Shown here one piece after another: positions 47,322 to 61,145 of a DNA stretch of 64,000 bases. Positions within the stretch are counted from its first letter, which is position 1. Each line of letters starts with the position of its first letter. The notes beneath the pieces were generated by a model. It did not search any database. It was not told the origin of the DNA and saw only the letters and a list, made by a program, of their open reading frames with translations. This DNA is from Eledone cirrhosa (taxonomy: Eukaryota): the NCBI GenBank assembly GCA_964016885.1, contig OZ024740.1, positions 329,530,001 through 329,594,000 of the forward strand. The letters run 5' to 3'. A program made the position numbers and the translations under genes.

Positions 47322-50300
47322 GTTATACAGCCTCAAAGAAACGTTTCTTACCAGGTTCTTGGTTATGCTGACAGGATGGTTACAATGCTTACTTATGTAA
47401 TTAAGCGTATCATTCGGCTTTATATACGGGTAGTGCAAGACATTCGACAAATCGAGGGTAACGTCGAGGTAATTAACGACCGAGAGGTTGGCCTCAACCT
47501 GTATGGAGAGGTTGAAGCCTTTAAAGAAGGATGTGAGTTCTTTTCTGAACCTATCGCAAGCACGTGGGCTGCAATTTAAATGATATCTTGGAACTCATAC
47601 GGAGTATCAAATTTCGTAATAGGAGCAATTCCTTCCTGCAGGAACTGAAGCATAGAATTCGTTCCATTAAGGATTCTAATGCCGTGCACGTCCATTCCTA
47701 CAAAACTGGCAATCTATATCAAGTAGAGCGCAGTACTTATCACAACTGCTACATAATACTGTAACTAAGGATTACCGTAAAACTAATCGGAGCGTCATTA
47801 ATGAAATCAACGATGCTGGGTATAATATCACCTCTGATCTCAAGATCCTGGACCGGGCCGAACCTCTGGACCCTATTTCTCCCCACTTTACACGGAAGGA
47901 TCACAAATCCAATTTCCAGAACAACCCCTCTATTCGGCTTATTAACCCTATGAAGTCATATTTAGGTAGAGTTAGTAAAAGGATTCTTGATAGAATTATA
48001 CCTGAAATTAGAAGTTGGCCCCTCTTGCACTGTGGAACAATTCTTTCGCGGTAATTGATTGGTTCAACGGCATATGCAACAAGGAACATTGCCGTTTTAT
48101 CCAATTCGACATCAATAATTACTACTCCTCCATCACTTTACCACTTCTTCTTAGAGCTATCAATTTCGCTAAAACACTCATAGTAGTTAAGGATTTCGAA
48201 GTTGAGGTCATCCTCAATGGCCGTAAGCTGGTAATTAATTTCGACGACTCTATTTGGCTTAAAAAATCTAATAGTACCCCATTCGACGTGAGTATGGGCG
48301 CCAGCAATTCTGCGGGGGTTACTGATCTTATCGGCCTTTTCCTACTTTTCTCTATCAAGTAAGATTTCCCCAACGGTGATGACGGTCACTTGACCATGAC
48401 AAAGTACGGCCCACGTGTTTGCGTCAAGTTCAGAAAGAACTTACAGCTTTCTTTAAAGGCTTCAATCTCTCCATACCGGTTGAGGCCAACCTCTCGGTCG
48501 TTAATTACATCGACGTTACCCTCGATGTGTCGAATGGCTTACACTACCCGTATATAAAGCCGAATGGTACGCTTAATTACATAAGTAAGGATTCTAACCA
48601 TCCTGCCAGCATAACCAAGAACCTGGTAAGAAACGTTTCTTGGTTATGCAAACGAGTATATTTTCAACGACCATTCCACATATTACAATGAAGCTCTTGC
48701 TCGTAGTGGATTGGTCGATAAGGTAGCTTATACAGAGTACGAGAATAGACCTAGGAAAAATAGATCCCGACGCATTATCTGGTATAACCGACCATATAAT
48801 ATAGAGGTGGCCACGCCTTTAGCTAAGATCTTTCTCTCCCTTATTGTGAAGCATTTCCCCCCAGTAGAATAAATATAGTAAAATGTTTAATAGAAATACC
48901 ATTAACATTTGTTACTCTACGACTCCTAACCTTGCACATAACATCACAGCTTCACATTTAGCTACGTTAGCAACCCGTAGGACCACGTGCAACCCTGTAG
49001 TTAGTACTAACTGTAATTGTAGGAATCGGGTTGACTGCCGCCTATCCAGGAAATGCCTCTCTAGTAACAATGTCCACAAATGTAAGGTTGAAACACCCAC
49101 GTCCCGTAGGTCCTACTTAGGGTTAACCGCCAATAGATTCAAGCTGCGTCTTTACATGCATACCCATTCCTTTCTTAACCCTTTAAGAAGGAATATGACG
49201 TCATTTTCAGCTTATATCTAGAGTCTAAAAGACAACCACACCCAATATAAGTTACACTGGGAGATCCTAGCTAAGGCTAGACCGTATAACGGAAATAAAA
49301 GACGATGTGACCTCTGCGCCGCTGAGACCCGGGGAATACTCTACGCCAAAGACCACATCTTAAACAAAAAATCTGAGGCAATTTCGGCTTGTAAACATGA
49401 ATTGCACAAAACTTTCCTGTATTACAGCCCCACATTATACCCTAACGGATAGTACGAACTATTCCCGAATATTTTACGTCTTGATGTGGTAGCTAAGTAT
49501 ATGTTATGTTAATACCATTACTTATTCGTATAGGTAAGTATATATTACCTATATGTTTTGTGAAGGTATGTATACTTTCTCGTACGTATATTTGCGTGTA
49601 TATGTTATTGGCATATATTTTATATATACTGGTACATGTGCATTTGGTTATGTGTATACGTAAGTTTTGCGTCTGAGTGAGTATGGTGGTTCGTACGTAT
49701 GTAGGGTGTGTGTATATGTGTACTTTGTATTTTGGTTGACGTCCGCCCGCGAACACATGTGTATTTACATGTGGATATGTGTACGCGCGCGTTATATACG
49801 TATTTATGTGTGTATATTTATGTGTGCATACGTTTATTTAATTATGTATACACGCACACACACATGTATGTATACATTTCTTTTATATATTTTTATGTGT
49901 ATTTGGTGTATACGTTCGTATGTGTGCGGTACAGGCGATGCGTTGGTTCAGTCTGCGGGTGCGTGGTTTTTTCTGTACGTGCTTGTATTTGTATACCCAT
50001 GGCGAGTGTTTTACGTATATGGATGCGTGTTTGTATATATTTAATTTCAATTACCTCTGTATTTTATTTACTTGATTCTTAACTCTGAATCCGAGAAACA
50101 TTCGGTTTCCTAAATAGAATTTTAGTCTACGACTTCAGTTATACCATTTACGTGGTTTTGTCTTTGCGTGTAATTGTTCTCATTGGCCCACATAATGACG
50201 TATTATCTTTGATTTTTCCGTTCATTGCTAGAGAATGTCTCCATGAACCATATAATAACATTTTATCTACGACTTCTTTTATACCATAAACGTGGTTTTG

Positions 50301-50590
50301 TATTTGCGTGTAATTGTTTTCAACGCACCAAATAATGACGTATTATCTTCGTTTTTTAACGTTCTCTGACAGGGAACGTTTCCACGAACCAAAGTATCGT
50401 CTTCCTGTCTTCCTCCGGTTGCAACGTTTTTTGAAATATTTAAATCTGCGTTAACAGATTGACTTTCTTAATTTTAACGATTCTTTTCTTAAACTTTAAT
50501 TTATTATTTTAATAAATATTTGCTCTACATTTCTTATATATCTGATATATATTTATCCATATCGAGCCCTCTTTGGATTTTAGTCTTCAA
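47322..50590 (+). mobile_element. Penelope-like element family PLE-3, copy a (degenerate RT+GIY-YIG 47575-49452; inverted RT fragment 47322-47575; pLTR with HHR core deleted)
   Basis: QFDINNYYSSI, FDVSMGASNSAGVTDLIG, CNCRNRVDC, YLGLTANRFKLRLY; ~140-bp tandem duplication 50126-50392. Confidence 0.9.
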
Positions 50591-50658
50591 ATATATTATT
50601 ATTACTATATATATATATATATCTATTACATATATATAGTTATATATATATTTATATA

Positions 50659-50690
<32 letters not shown>

Positions 50691-50740
50691 CTTATATATA
50701 CTTATATATATATACATATATATACATATACACACACACA

Positions 50741-50782
<42 letters not shown>

Positions 50783-50783
<1 letters not shown>

Positions 50784-51399
50784 AAGGCATGTATTAAGTT
50801 AGAAACTCAAAATAGTCTCTTACAATAAAATTAGCTCTAGAAAAGTGGTTTCCTCCGAGCTGTATAATATAACGGAACAACAAAAGAAAAACGAACCTAG
50901 ACATATACATATATGTGTTGAAATCGTAAGGGACCAGATTCGCTAAAGTGAAAAGAATACTAACTATGGACAATGGGTTTGCCAGATTCAATTTAAGAAT
51001 AAATCAAGAAAAAAAATACAAACCAGAATTGTGGTAACTATCAATCCCCGGACAGTTTTGATAATACTGTTTCGCAATATTAATTGTGAAGAGGAATACC
51101 AACATTCTAGCTCATCAGCGGGTGAAGAATTATTAGTATCCTGGTCACTTCTAAGTATATTAAAAAACTGGACAGTGTGCGTATATATATCGCACATGGT
51201 ACCAGACCTTAGCGTGCCTCGCAAACTCACGCCACTAATAAAAGCAGCCGAGTTTACTCGACATTTGAATTAGCTCGACAAATTAACGGAGCCTAATATG
51301 TAAAGGCATGTATTGAGTTAGAAACTCTTTTCACCTTAGCGAATCTGGTCCCTTACGATTTGAACACATATAATGTCTGTGTTCGCTTTACCTTTTTTG

Positions 51400-51400
<1 letters not shown>
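50783..51400 (-). mobile_element. Rearranged non-coding HHR element (direct repeat 50783-50808/51302-51327; ~85-bp inverted repeat 50875-50955/51326-51402)
   Basis: Direct sequence comparison; flanked by (TA)n. Confidence 0.6.
51047..51122 (-). ncRNA. Type I hammerhead ribozyme with conventional stem III
   Basis: CCCG-CTGATGA-GC...GC-GAAAC-AGT-attatcaaa-ACT-GTC-CGGG on the minus strand; stem II imperfect. Confidence 0.7.
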
Positions 51401-51468
<68 letters not shown>

Positions 51469-51534
51469 TGACAAAAATAATAACAAAATTGTTCTCTGTT
51501 TGGTTTGGATTGGTTTTTGCTTATGTATATTTTA

Positions 51535-52162
51535 TACTTAATTTAGCTGCCAATCAATGTTTGTCATTGTTTGACCAACGGTTAAAAATATAGATATAAA
51601 TATATATATGTAGTCTATCAAAATATCTTTCATCACACCTGTGACATCCTTAGTAGTACTATTATGTTTTCTCCCGTTGTATTGTAATGTCTATTTCATT
51701 TTTATTGTTATTTATTTATGTTTATCTTAGGTCAGTATTGTGTGTTCGTGTATGGTTGTTGTTGTTATTCCATTCATTGTTTCTGTTTAAGTTCGGTTAT
51801 CGTAGTTCTATTTCAGTTGCTTCTCAGATTTGTCTACTTGTTAAGTCATTTCTATGTTTAGATATTATTTTAACTTCTATGTTGTCTCTATTACCATCAA
51901 GTCTTTGTCTGGCACGTCCATATAGTACCGAATCTTCTTTTTGACCTTTTAGTTCCCCTCAATGTTGGACGCTCCTCTATGTTCCGAGCCGTCTCACCTA
52001 TGTATGGAGTTGTCATGTTTCTGCAAGTACCTTATGTGCATCTTATGCTATAGTCTACTGGTGTGTAATGAAACAACTTTGATAGACAATATATATATGC
52101 ATATCTATATTTTTAGCCGTTGGTCAATCAATGATAAACATTGATTGCCAGCTAAATTAACT
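51535..52162 (-). mobile_element. Degenerate PLE fragment with ~105-bp inverted ends and a GIY-YIG remnant
   Basis: 51535-51640 pairs with 52060-52162; minus strand YIGETARNIEER at ~51969-52004. Confidence 0.6.
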
Positions 52163-53499
52163 ATACACATAGGTACATAATACACACACACACATGCACA
52201 CATACACACATACACACACATATATATATATAAATATGTATGTATATTTATATATATATATAGATAGTTGAATATATAAAGGCCGTGACATACGCTCACA
52301 CATACATTCACACATACATGTACATACACCCTCACCCGTGCCTTTATACCGGAGTTAAAAATATTGCTTTATAAAAGAATGGAATACCGCAAAGTTTCGA
52401 AAAAACTAAACGAAAATAATAATCCAATCAGTCAATCGAGTGTAAGTTTTATACATTTTTACCTTTTAATGCGTATTGTATACTTTTTCTGATATTCCTT
52501 GCAGTCCACATTATTTAATTTACGCACTGAAAATAGAGTCGTTACATTTATGGCGCTTTGTATGATTCTCGTGTGGGAAAATGTTTGGAAATGTGTAGAT
52601 ACATATTTGATATCGATAATTCACATAAAGGTTTGTGTTAGTAGTAATGCATATGTGCAGACGTATATATCTTATGAAGTATTAATGTAATTGTTTGAAC
52701 ATATATATACTGGTTCATATATATATATTTGAATAGCTTCGAGCCGGTATCGATTCGTGAATACAGTACATTGTAAGTTCATTGATTCTTTATCCGTAAT
52801 GTCCTATGTATCCTTGTAAGCTTGTATGCCGTTTTGCATATATATGTATATATATATATATAAAATACGTAGTTTAGAAAGCCACAATAATGCAGATGGG
52901 GAATCTCGAGGTAGGAAGTGAATGATAGATAGGAAAAATAGGAGAAAGTGAAAATAGAGAGACAAAGATGAAAACAAAACAAAGGTAGAAGGGTTACCGT
53001 AGTGGAGATTTAATCCCAATATTTCGGGCTCACGCCCATCAACGGGGGAAAGTTCCAAAAAGGGGGGGGGGGGGGGGGTACAGGCTAAGCCGGAGAAAGT
53101 TGTGATGTCGTTAAAACAGGAATGCCGTTATGGGGAGAAAATTTAAATGAGGGAAAGAATGCGCGTGCGCGTGATAGGCTGTGGCAAAAGCTACTGACCA
53201 AATGGGTTAAATCAAGAGGGTGCGCTAGCGTGTGAAAGCCGTAAAATATGTGTGTATAAATATATATGTGTGTGTAACTGTGTGTGTATATGTGTAAGTG
53301 TGTATATGTGTGAGTGTGTGTGTGTGTGTGAAAGATAGTGGGCTGTAGAAGCTGGAAATCAAAGGGTGTGAAAGATGGTAGGTTGTAAAACATGTGTGCG
53401 TGTATAAATATAGGTGTGTGTGTGTATGCGTATGGGTATGCATATACGTGCGTGTGTGTGAAAATAGCAGGCCGTAAGGGCTGTGAATGGTCACTATGG

Positions 53500-55072
53500 T
53501 TAAATTAGCCATGTCAGCTCATTTCTCTCAGCCCGGTTGTTAAGTGGGGGTCTGAGGTTCTTAATAACAAGTGCTTCCTTTATCCTTAAGGATCCGATGC
53601 TGCGTTCAGTCGCTAGGACTGTGACCAAGGGTCTACCCTGTGGGTTTCCGCATTTAAGGATGTGTTTACGGAAGGAAGATGCGTTGGTGTTGATATGTTC
53701 CTTGATACGAACATGTATGGTTCGGATGGTGCTAATTATGTAAAACTTGTTACATTTATCGCATTGAATCTTATATACGACATAGGTGCGTAGGCAATCT
53801 GCCCCCCGTATCGGGCAGTTGCTGAGGGAACACGTCCCATCTGACTCGTCGGGTTTGTTGGAGAGGCATGTTCGCAGCGAAGGTCCTGTGTGGGCCAAAT
53901 GTATGTCAAGTCCCTCCGCCCGTATGGCCCTGCGGACGGTGTTCGTAGTATATTTACTCAGGTGAGGGATTTTAAAGAAGCACCTGCTTTTAATTAAGTT
54001 TCTAGTGGGTGTCTGTCTATTGGGTCTGGGGTCTCTAATTCCGTTAATCAGTTGCTTGGGATAACAATTAGACTTGAGTAGATTACGGAATTGCGTGGTA
54101 TGGGTGAGACCACCCATCGGGTCGCTGAATCTGTTAGTGATCCGTGTCAGTTCATTTAGGACATAGCCTCTCTTAGCGTTGTTGGGGAGGGCTGAGTTGT
54201 AATGCACAAATAAGTCCTTGCACGCTGCTTTGCGGTAGACGGTGGTGTTTATGTCTCCTTCTTCCGAGATGTTGATACGGAAGTCGAGGAGGGCGAGTGA
54301 CCCGTCTTCTCCTGGGTGTTCGATGGTAAAATCGACGTGATGGTCAGTATCGTTGAAGATTTGGTGAATTTCATTCGCCATCTCCCGGGAAGAAGTAAGT
54401 ATCAGGATGTCATCAACGTATCTGGAGTAGAAGGCGACGGCGTTGGGTTGGCAGGTATTGAGTGCCTTGCGTTCCAGGTGGTCCATGTACGAGATCGCAA
54501 GTATGCCGGACAGACTAGAGCCCATAGGTAGCCCAGAGATTTGTTTGTACGTGTGGCCGAGGAAATTGAAGAGTGCATTATTCACAACGAAGGAGAGGAG
54601 TTGGTGGATGTCCGTGTGTGTGAGTCCGAAGCAGTGTAAGTTAGATGCTCGGACTCGTTCGCTCAACAGGTCGACGGCTGGGGATGCTGGTACGGAGGTA
54701 TAAAGGGCGACCACATCAAGACTGAAGGCATAACCGTTGTCCTTTCTGGTGTTGGGCGCCAGATGGTGTAGTCGCTCCAAGACCTCCTTTGAGCTGCAGA
54801 CGTGGGCTGGTAGTGTGTGTAGAATGGGTTTTAGTAGTGTGGAGAGCAGACACGATATTTTGTAGAGTGTGCCCTCCACGCTAGAGACAATGGGCCTGAT
54901 TTTCAAATCGGGTCCTTGTTTATGTGTTTTAACCAGGTGGTAGAAGGTGGGTAGTTTGCTGTTTCGAGTCATTATGTTGTTTTTTACCTTCTTTGGCAGT
55001 TTTCGTTGGACACAGATGTTAGTCCATATGGTGTTAATGCCTTCCTCGATTAGAGTCGAGGAGGTCCCTGTG
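53500..55072 (-). pseudogene. PLE RT + GIY-YIG, 5'-truncated, open frame (YIG mutated to YII)
   Basis: KTHK..IRPIVS, SLDVVALYTSVP, GLPMGS, RYVDD, LLDFRI, CSLSNCP..C, VVYKIQCDKC..FYIIST..RIKEH. Confidence 0.9.
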
Positions 55073-55545
55073 ACTTTCCAGCTTCTACAGCCCACTATCT
55101 TTCACACACACACGCACTCACACATATACACACTTACACATATACACACACAGTTACACACACATATATACCCATACGCATACACACACACATCTATATT
55201 TATACACGCACATATGTTTTACAACCTACCACCTTTCACACCCTTTGATTTCCAGCTTCTACAGCCCACTATCTTTCACACACACACACACTCACACATA
55301 TACACACTTACACATATACACACACAGTTACACACACATATATATTTACACACACATATTTTACGGCTTTCACACGCTAGCGCACCCTCTTGATTTAACC
55401 CATTTGGTCAGTAGCTTTTGCCACAGCCTATCACGCGCACGCGCATTCTTTCCCTCATTTAAATTTTCTCCCCATAACGGCATTCCTGTTTTAACGACAT
55501 CACAACTTTCTCCGGCTTAGCCTGTTCCCCCCCTTTTCGGAACTT

Positions 55546-55581
55546 TCCCCCGTTGATGGGCGTGAGCCCGAAATATTGGGA
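55546..55581 (+). ncRNA. Non-canonical minimal hammerhead-like motif in PLE-4 pLTR (second copy 53014-53049, minus)
   Basis: TCCC-CCGTTGA-T-GGGC-GTGA-GCCC-GAAA-TATT-GGGA; core deviates at two positions. Confidence 0.45.
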
Positions 55582-55773
55582 TTAAATCTCCACTACGGTA
55601 ACCCTTCTACCTTTGTTTTGTTTTCATCTTTGTCTCTCTCTATTTTCACTTTCTCCTATTTCTCCTATCTATCATTCACTTCCTACCTCGAGATTTCCCA
55701 TCTGCATTGTTGTGGCTTTCTAAACTACGTATTTTACACATTTCACAATGCTTCAAGCAAACTTTAACACCCT

Positions 55774-55814
<41 letters not shown>

Positions 55815-55829
55815 ATAATAATAAATTAG

Positions 55830-56393
55830 CAGACTAAAGTCCAAAGATGCCTCCATAAGGATAAATATATATCAGATGTATTAGAACCGTAGAGCAAATA
55901 TTTTTTAAAGTAACAACAGATTAAAGTTTAGGCAAAGAATCGCTGCTTTCACCCTAACGTTAAGGGTGAAAGCAGCGATTCTTTGCTTAAACTTTAATCT
56001 GTTGTTTTAATATATATATATATGCACACATATAAATATATATATATATACGGGTCATATATATATACACACCTACACATCCACACACACACATGCATAT
56101 ATATATGTATATATATATATGTATATGCATATATACTCACACGCATATATATATATACACACGCATATATATATGCATATATATATGCGTGTGTATATAT
56201 ATATATGCATGTGTGTATATATGCATATACATATATATGCATATATATATATGCATGTGTCTGTGGGTGTGTAGGTGAGCGTGTACACATGCATATACAT
56301 GCACGTACACATAAAAACGCGCACACAACATAGAGGCGCGCGACACCTGTACCCGCACACACACGAACGTATACACCAAATACACATATACAA

Positions 56394-56447
<54 letters not shown>

Positions 56448-58458
56448 TTGTGCGTGTGTGTGTGCGTGTGTGTGTGTGTGTATAAACGTATATAAATATA
56501 CACACAGAGAATCTATTTCTCCTCACTTTACCTGAAGGATCACAAACCCGATTTCGCCACAACCCCTTTATTCGGCTAGTTAAGCCCATGAAGTCTGATT
56601 TAGGAAGACCTAGTGAAAGGATTTTAGATAGAATTATACCTGAAATTAGAAGTGTGGCCCCTCTTGCACTGTGGAATAATTCTTTCTCTGTGATTGATTG
56701 GTTCAATGGCATATGCAACAAGGTACATTGCCGTTTTATACAATTCGACATCAATAATTACTACTCCACCATCACTTTACCATTTCTTCTTAGAGCTATC
56801 AATTTCGCTAAAATGCTCACAGTGGTTAGGGATTTCGAAGTGGATATCATCCCTAATGCCCGTAAGTCAGTGATTAATTTTAACGACTCTATTTGGATAA
56901 AAAAAATCTAATATTACCACATTCGATGTGAGTATGGGCGCCAGCGATTCTGCGGAGGTTACAGATCAATCGGCCTTTTACTTCTTTTCTCTATCAAGGA
57001 ATAATACCTCTACATGGGCGGTGGTATGTGCGGGCGATGACATGATTTTGACCATGACTAAGTGCGTTGCCCGCGCTTGCGATAGCTTCAGAAAAGAACT
57101 CACTGCTTTTTTAAAGATTTCAACCTCTCTATACAGGTTGAGACCAACCTCTCGGTCGTTAATTACCTTGACGGTACCCTCAAATTGTCGAATAGCTTGC
57201 ACTACCCGTATAGAAAGCCGAATGATACGCTTAATTACATAATTAAGCATTCTAACCATCCTGCCAGCATAACCAAGAACCTGGTAAGAAACGTTTCATT
57301 GAGGCTTTCTACAAACGAGCATATTTTCACCGACCATTCCACACGTTACAATGAAGCTCTTGCTCGGGGTGGATTTATCGATAAGGTAGCATACACTAAA
57401 TCTGAGCATAGACCAAGGAAAAATAGATCCCGACGCATTAAATGGTATAACCACCATATAATATGGAGGTGGCCACACCATTAGCTAAGATCTTTCTCTC
57501 CCTTATTAAGAAGCATTTCCCCTCAGCACATAAATATAATAACATTTTTTCATAGAAATACCATTAAAATACACTACGACTCCTAATCTTGAAAATAACA
57601 TCAATTTTAGCTAAATTACCTAGCCCTCGGAACACGTGCAACCCTGTAGCTGGAACTAACTGTAATTTTAGGAATAGCGTTGACTGCCCTCTATCCGGGA
57701 AATGACTCTCCAGTAACATTGTCTACAAATATAAGGTCGAAACACCCACGTCCCGTAGGTCCTACATAGGGTTAACCGCCAATACATTCAAGCACCGTCT
57801 TTACATGCACACCCATTTCTTTTTTAACCTTTTAAGAAGGAATATGACGTCACTTTCAGCTTATATCTGGAGTCTAAAAGACCACCACACCCAGTATAGG
57901 TTACACTGGGAGATCCTAGCTGGGCTAGATCGTATAACGGAAATAAAAGACCATGCGATCTTTGCGCCGCCGAAGCCCTCGAAAAACTCTACGTCAATGA
58001 CCACATCTTCAACAACATTTCTGAGGCGATTTCCGCTTGTAAACACAAATTGCATAAAACTTTCCTGTATCATCATACCCTAACGGATAGTACGATCAAT
58101 ACGCGGCTAATTTACGTCTTCATGTGGTAGTTAAGTGTATTTTATGTTTATACCATTACTTATTTGTATAGGTAAGTATACCTTACCCGTATGTTTTGTG
58201 AAGGTACGTATACTTTCTCATATGCTTGTATTTGTTATTGGTGTATATAATATATTATATATACTGGTATATGTGGTTATGTGTATTTCATGTCCGTGTG
58301 TGTATGCGTGCATGCGTGTTTGCACGTATGTAAGGTATGTATATATGTGCATTATGTTTTGATTGACGTGCGTGTGGTGAACATATGTGTTTTTACCTGT
58401 AGGTATGTGTGTGCGTGCATTATCTAGGTATTATGTGTGTATATTTATATGCGTTTAT

Positions 58459-58497
<39 letters not shown>

Positions 58498-58830
58498 CAT
58501 TTTTTTATGTGTTCGGGTTTATGTGGTGTGCGCGTGTTTATGTGTACGTGCATGTATATGCATGCATGGTGGGTGTTTTCGCGTATGCACGTGTATGTAC
58601 GTATATTGACGCGTGTATGTATATTTTTTAATTATTATTGATTTTAAGAACCTCTGTCATTTTCGTTCTACTAATCTATTTACATTATTCTTAACTCTGA
58701 AGCCGAGTATCTTTCAGTTTTCTGAAAAGCATATTAGTCTACGACTTCATTGATACTATAGCATAAAGGTGGTTTTGTCTTTGCGTGTAATTGTTCTTCG
58801 CGCTCCATATAACGACGTATTATCTTCTGG
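55830..58830 (+). mobile_element. PLE-3 copy b (degenerate RT+GIY-YIG 56505-58090) preceded by inverted 3' segments and a palindrome at 55912-56006
   Basis: High similarity to 47870-50200. Confidence 0.88.
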
Positions 58831-59679
58831 ATATGATCTTCTCGATAGAGGAGGTGGGAGAGAAAGCAAGGGAGAAGATGGAAAGAAGAAGGTACAAAGT
58901 AAAGTGGAGAGTATATGGGTAGAAAGAGAAAGGGAAAAAGAAAAAAGAGAGGAAGAAATTGGCTAAAAGAGAAGACAACATATGAGAAAGGAAAATAGAA
59001 GCTGGGAATGAAAGAAAGAAAGATAATAAAAAAAGGAACGTAAGAAAAAAGAAGAAAGGAAAGAAAAGAGTCAGGAAGATAGTGGGAAGAGTAAGCTGAC
59101 AGAGAGAAAGGAAGTTGAAGACCCTTCATAAAGTTGACAGGTGTGAAAAGGTGTGGTAGAAGTAACAGTGTGGCTAAAATAAGAAATCCATCATCCATCT
59201 AGAAATGCATGCACAAGTGAGTTGTAGTTGTGGAGGTGATGGTGTCGGTGACTGAGGTTCCCCAAGAAACAATAAAAAGTACACAAAAGGAAGAATTAAT
59301 ATGCGCAGAAGTATTCTGAATTCATAGAATAAAAATCAATAATGGTGTGTAATTTAGGCACAAGGCCAGCAATTTGGGGAAGGGGAAGTTGATTATATCA
59401 ACAGGCGCACATAACAGGTTTATCATCTCTGGAAAGAGGAAAAACAGAAATGACAACAATCATGGAGTTAAAAAATAATTATATTAAATTTAAAAAGAGA
59501 AATAATTTTGGATTGGGTAATGAGTGAAAGTAAAAAAAACTAGTGTGTAAGGTACAGAGGACATATAATAAGGTAAGTATTATGTTGGTGGTAGTGGCTA
59601 AGAACGAGATTATTGGGAGAATAAAGAACTGCGGGTATAGGAGAGGTTTTGAAATCTAACTAGACATTACCCGGCTCAT

Positions 59680-59830
59680 GGGTGGATGTTATTTATCTTG
59701 ACTTTGCTAAAGCTATTAATTCTGTGCCACGCAAAAGAATTGTGGCAAAACTCTCTGCAATGGGTGTGAGATATGATCTTTATAACTAGTTGAAGTCCTT
59801 TATTTTCATTCAAAAAGAAGTAGTCACAGT
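59680..59830 (+). pseudogene. Small CR1/L2-type RT fragment
   Basis: DVIYLDFAKAINSVPRKRIVAKLSAMGV (LDFxKAFDxV motif). Confidence 0.6.
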
Positions 59831-59839
59831 TCTAAAACT

Positions 59840-60025
59840 CATTGTCAGGGAACGTCTTCACGAACCAAAGTATCGTCTTCCTGTTTTCCTTCGGTTGCAA
59901 CGTTTTTCGAAATATTTACTTCTGTGTTCACAGATTGATTTTTTTTATTTCAGAAGATCCCGTTAAGGGTGAAAGCAACGATTCTTTGCTTAAACTTCAA
60001 TTTGTTATTTTAATCTGTTATTTTA
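59840..60025 (+). mobile_element. Solo PLE-3 pLTR fragment with CAGAAGA-type HHR (59946-59996)
   Basis: ttt-CAGAAGA-T-CCC-gttaa-GGG-T-GAAA-GCA..TGC-TT-aaact. Confidence 0.8.
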
Positions 60026-60104
60026 AGTATCCGCTGAAAAGTTCATTGTCCAGAAAAAAGTTACTACAGGAAACAGCCTGAGCTCACAGTCGATCCACTA
60101 AGTA

Positions 60105-60183
<79 letters not shown>

Positions 60184-60222
60184 TAATAATATTTTCTAAA
60201 CAGCGAGCGAGTTTGAAATTAT

Positions 60223-60492
<270 letters not shown>

Positions 60493-61084
60493 GGGAAAGT
60501 AAATAACAACATGTAGTGCAGTTACGAAAGGTGTTAGGTATTAGGCTCACGATTGAGAATGGAGGGTGGGGGCAACGTTTTCTTATTTTAAACATTTTAT
60601 GTATAATATATACATATATATATATATTTTTTATCCATAAATGTTTAAAATATGAAAATAAGTTTTCAATGTAGAAATCTAGAGTAGATTTGGATTACTT
60701 AGATGAGTTAAAAATGAAACGAATATGGTCTGTAAACATTTAAACAAAAGAAAACAAGTGTAATTTACTTTGAAGTTTATTAAACTTCAGAAGCATATTT
60801 TATTACCGATTTTCTTTTCTCGTTTAATATATTCCTTGAATAAACAGTAAACAGTTTAATAAATAAAAAACATGAGATGGTACATAAAATATTTATTTGA
60901 TGTATTGAAATTTTCTTCGTCATTACATACTACTTTTCGACAAATCTTCTAATATTTTCTAAGTACATGTTTATACAATAGAAAATTCAAGGAAATTATT
61001 TCCTTTAATACAATTTTAGATTGTTGTTAAAAATATGCCAACAAATACATATATCTATATTCCTATATACATTCTCAATTACAC

Positions 61085-61140
<56 letters not shown>

Positions 61141-61145
<5 letters not shown>

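Larger units (their letters stand above)
52861..55736 (-). mobile_element. Penelope-like element (PLE-4, YVDD type), 5'-truncated, with inverted pLTR copy 55073-55736
   Basis: 52861-53440 is the reverse complement of ~55170-55736; RT-EN ORF lies between them. Confidence 0.92.
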
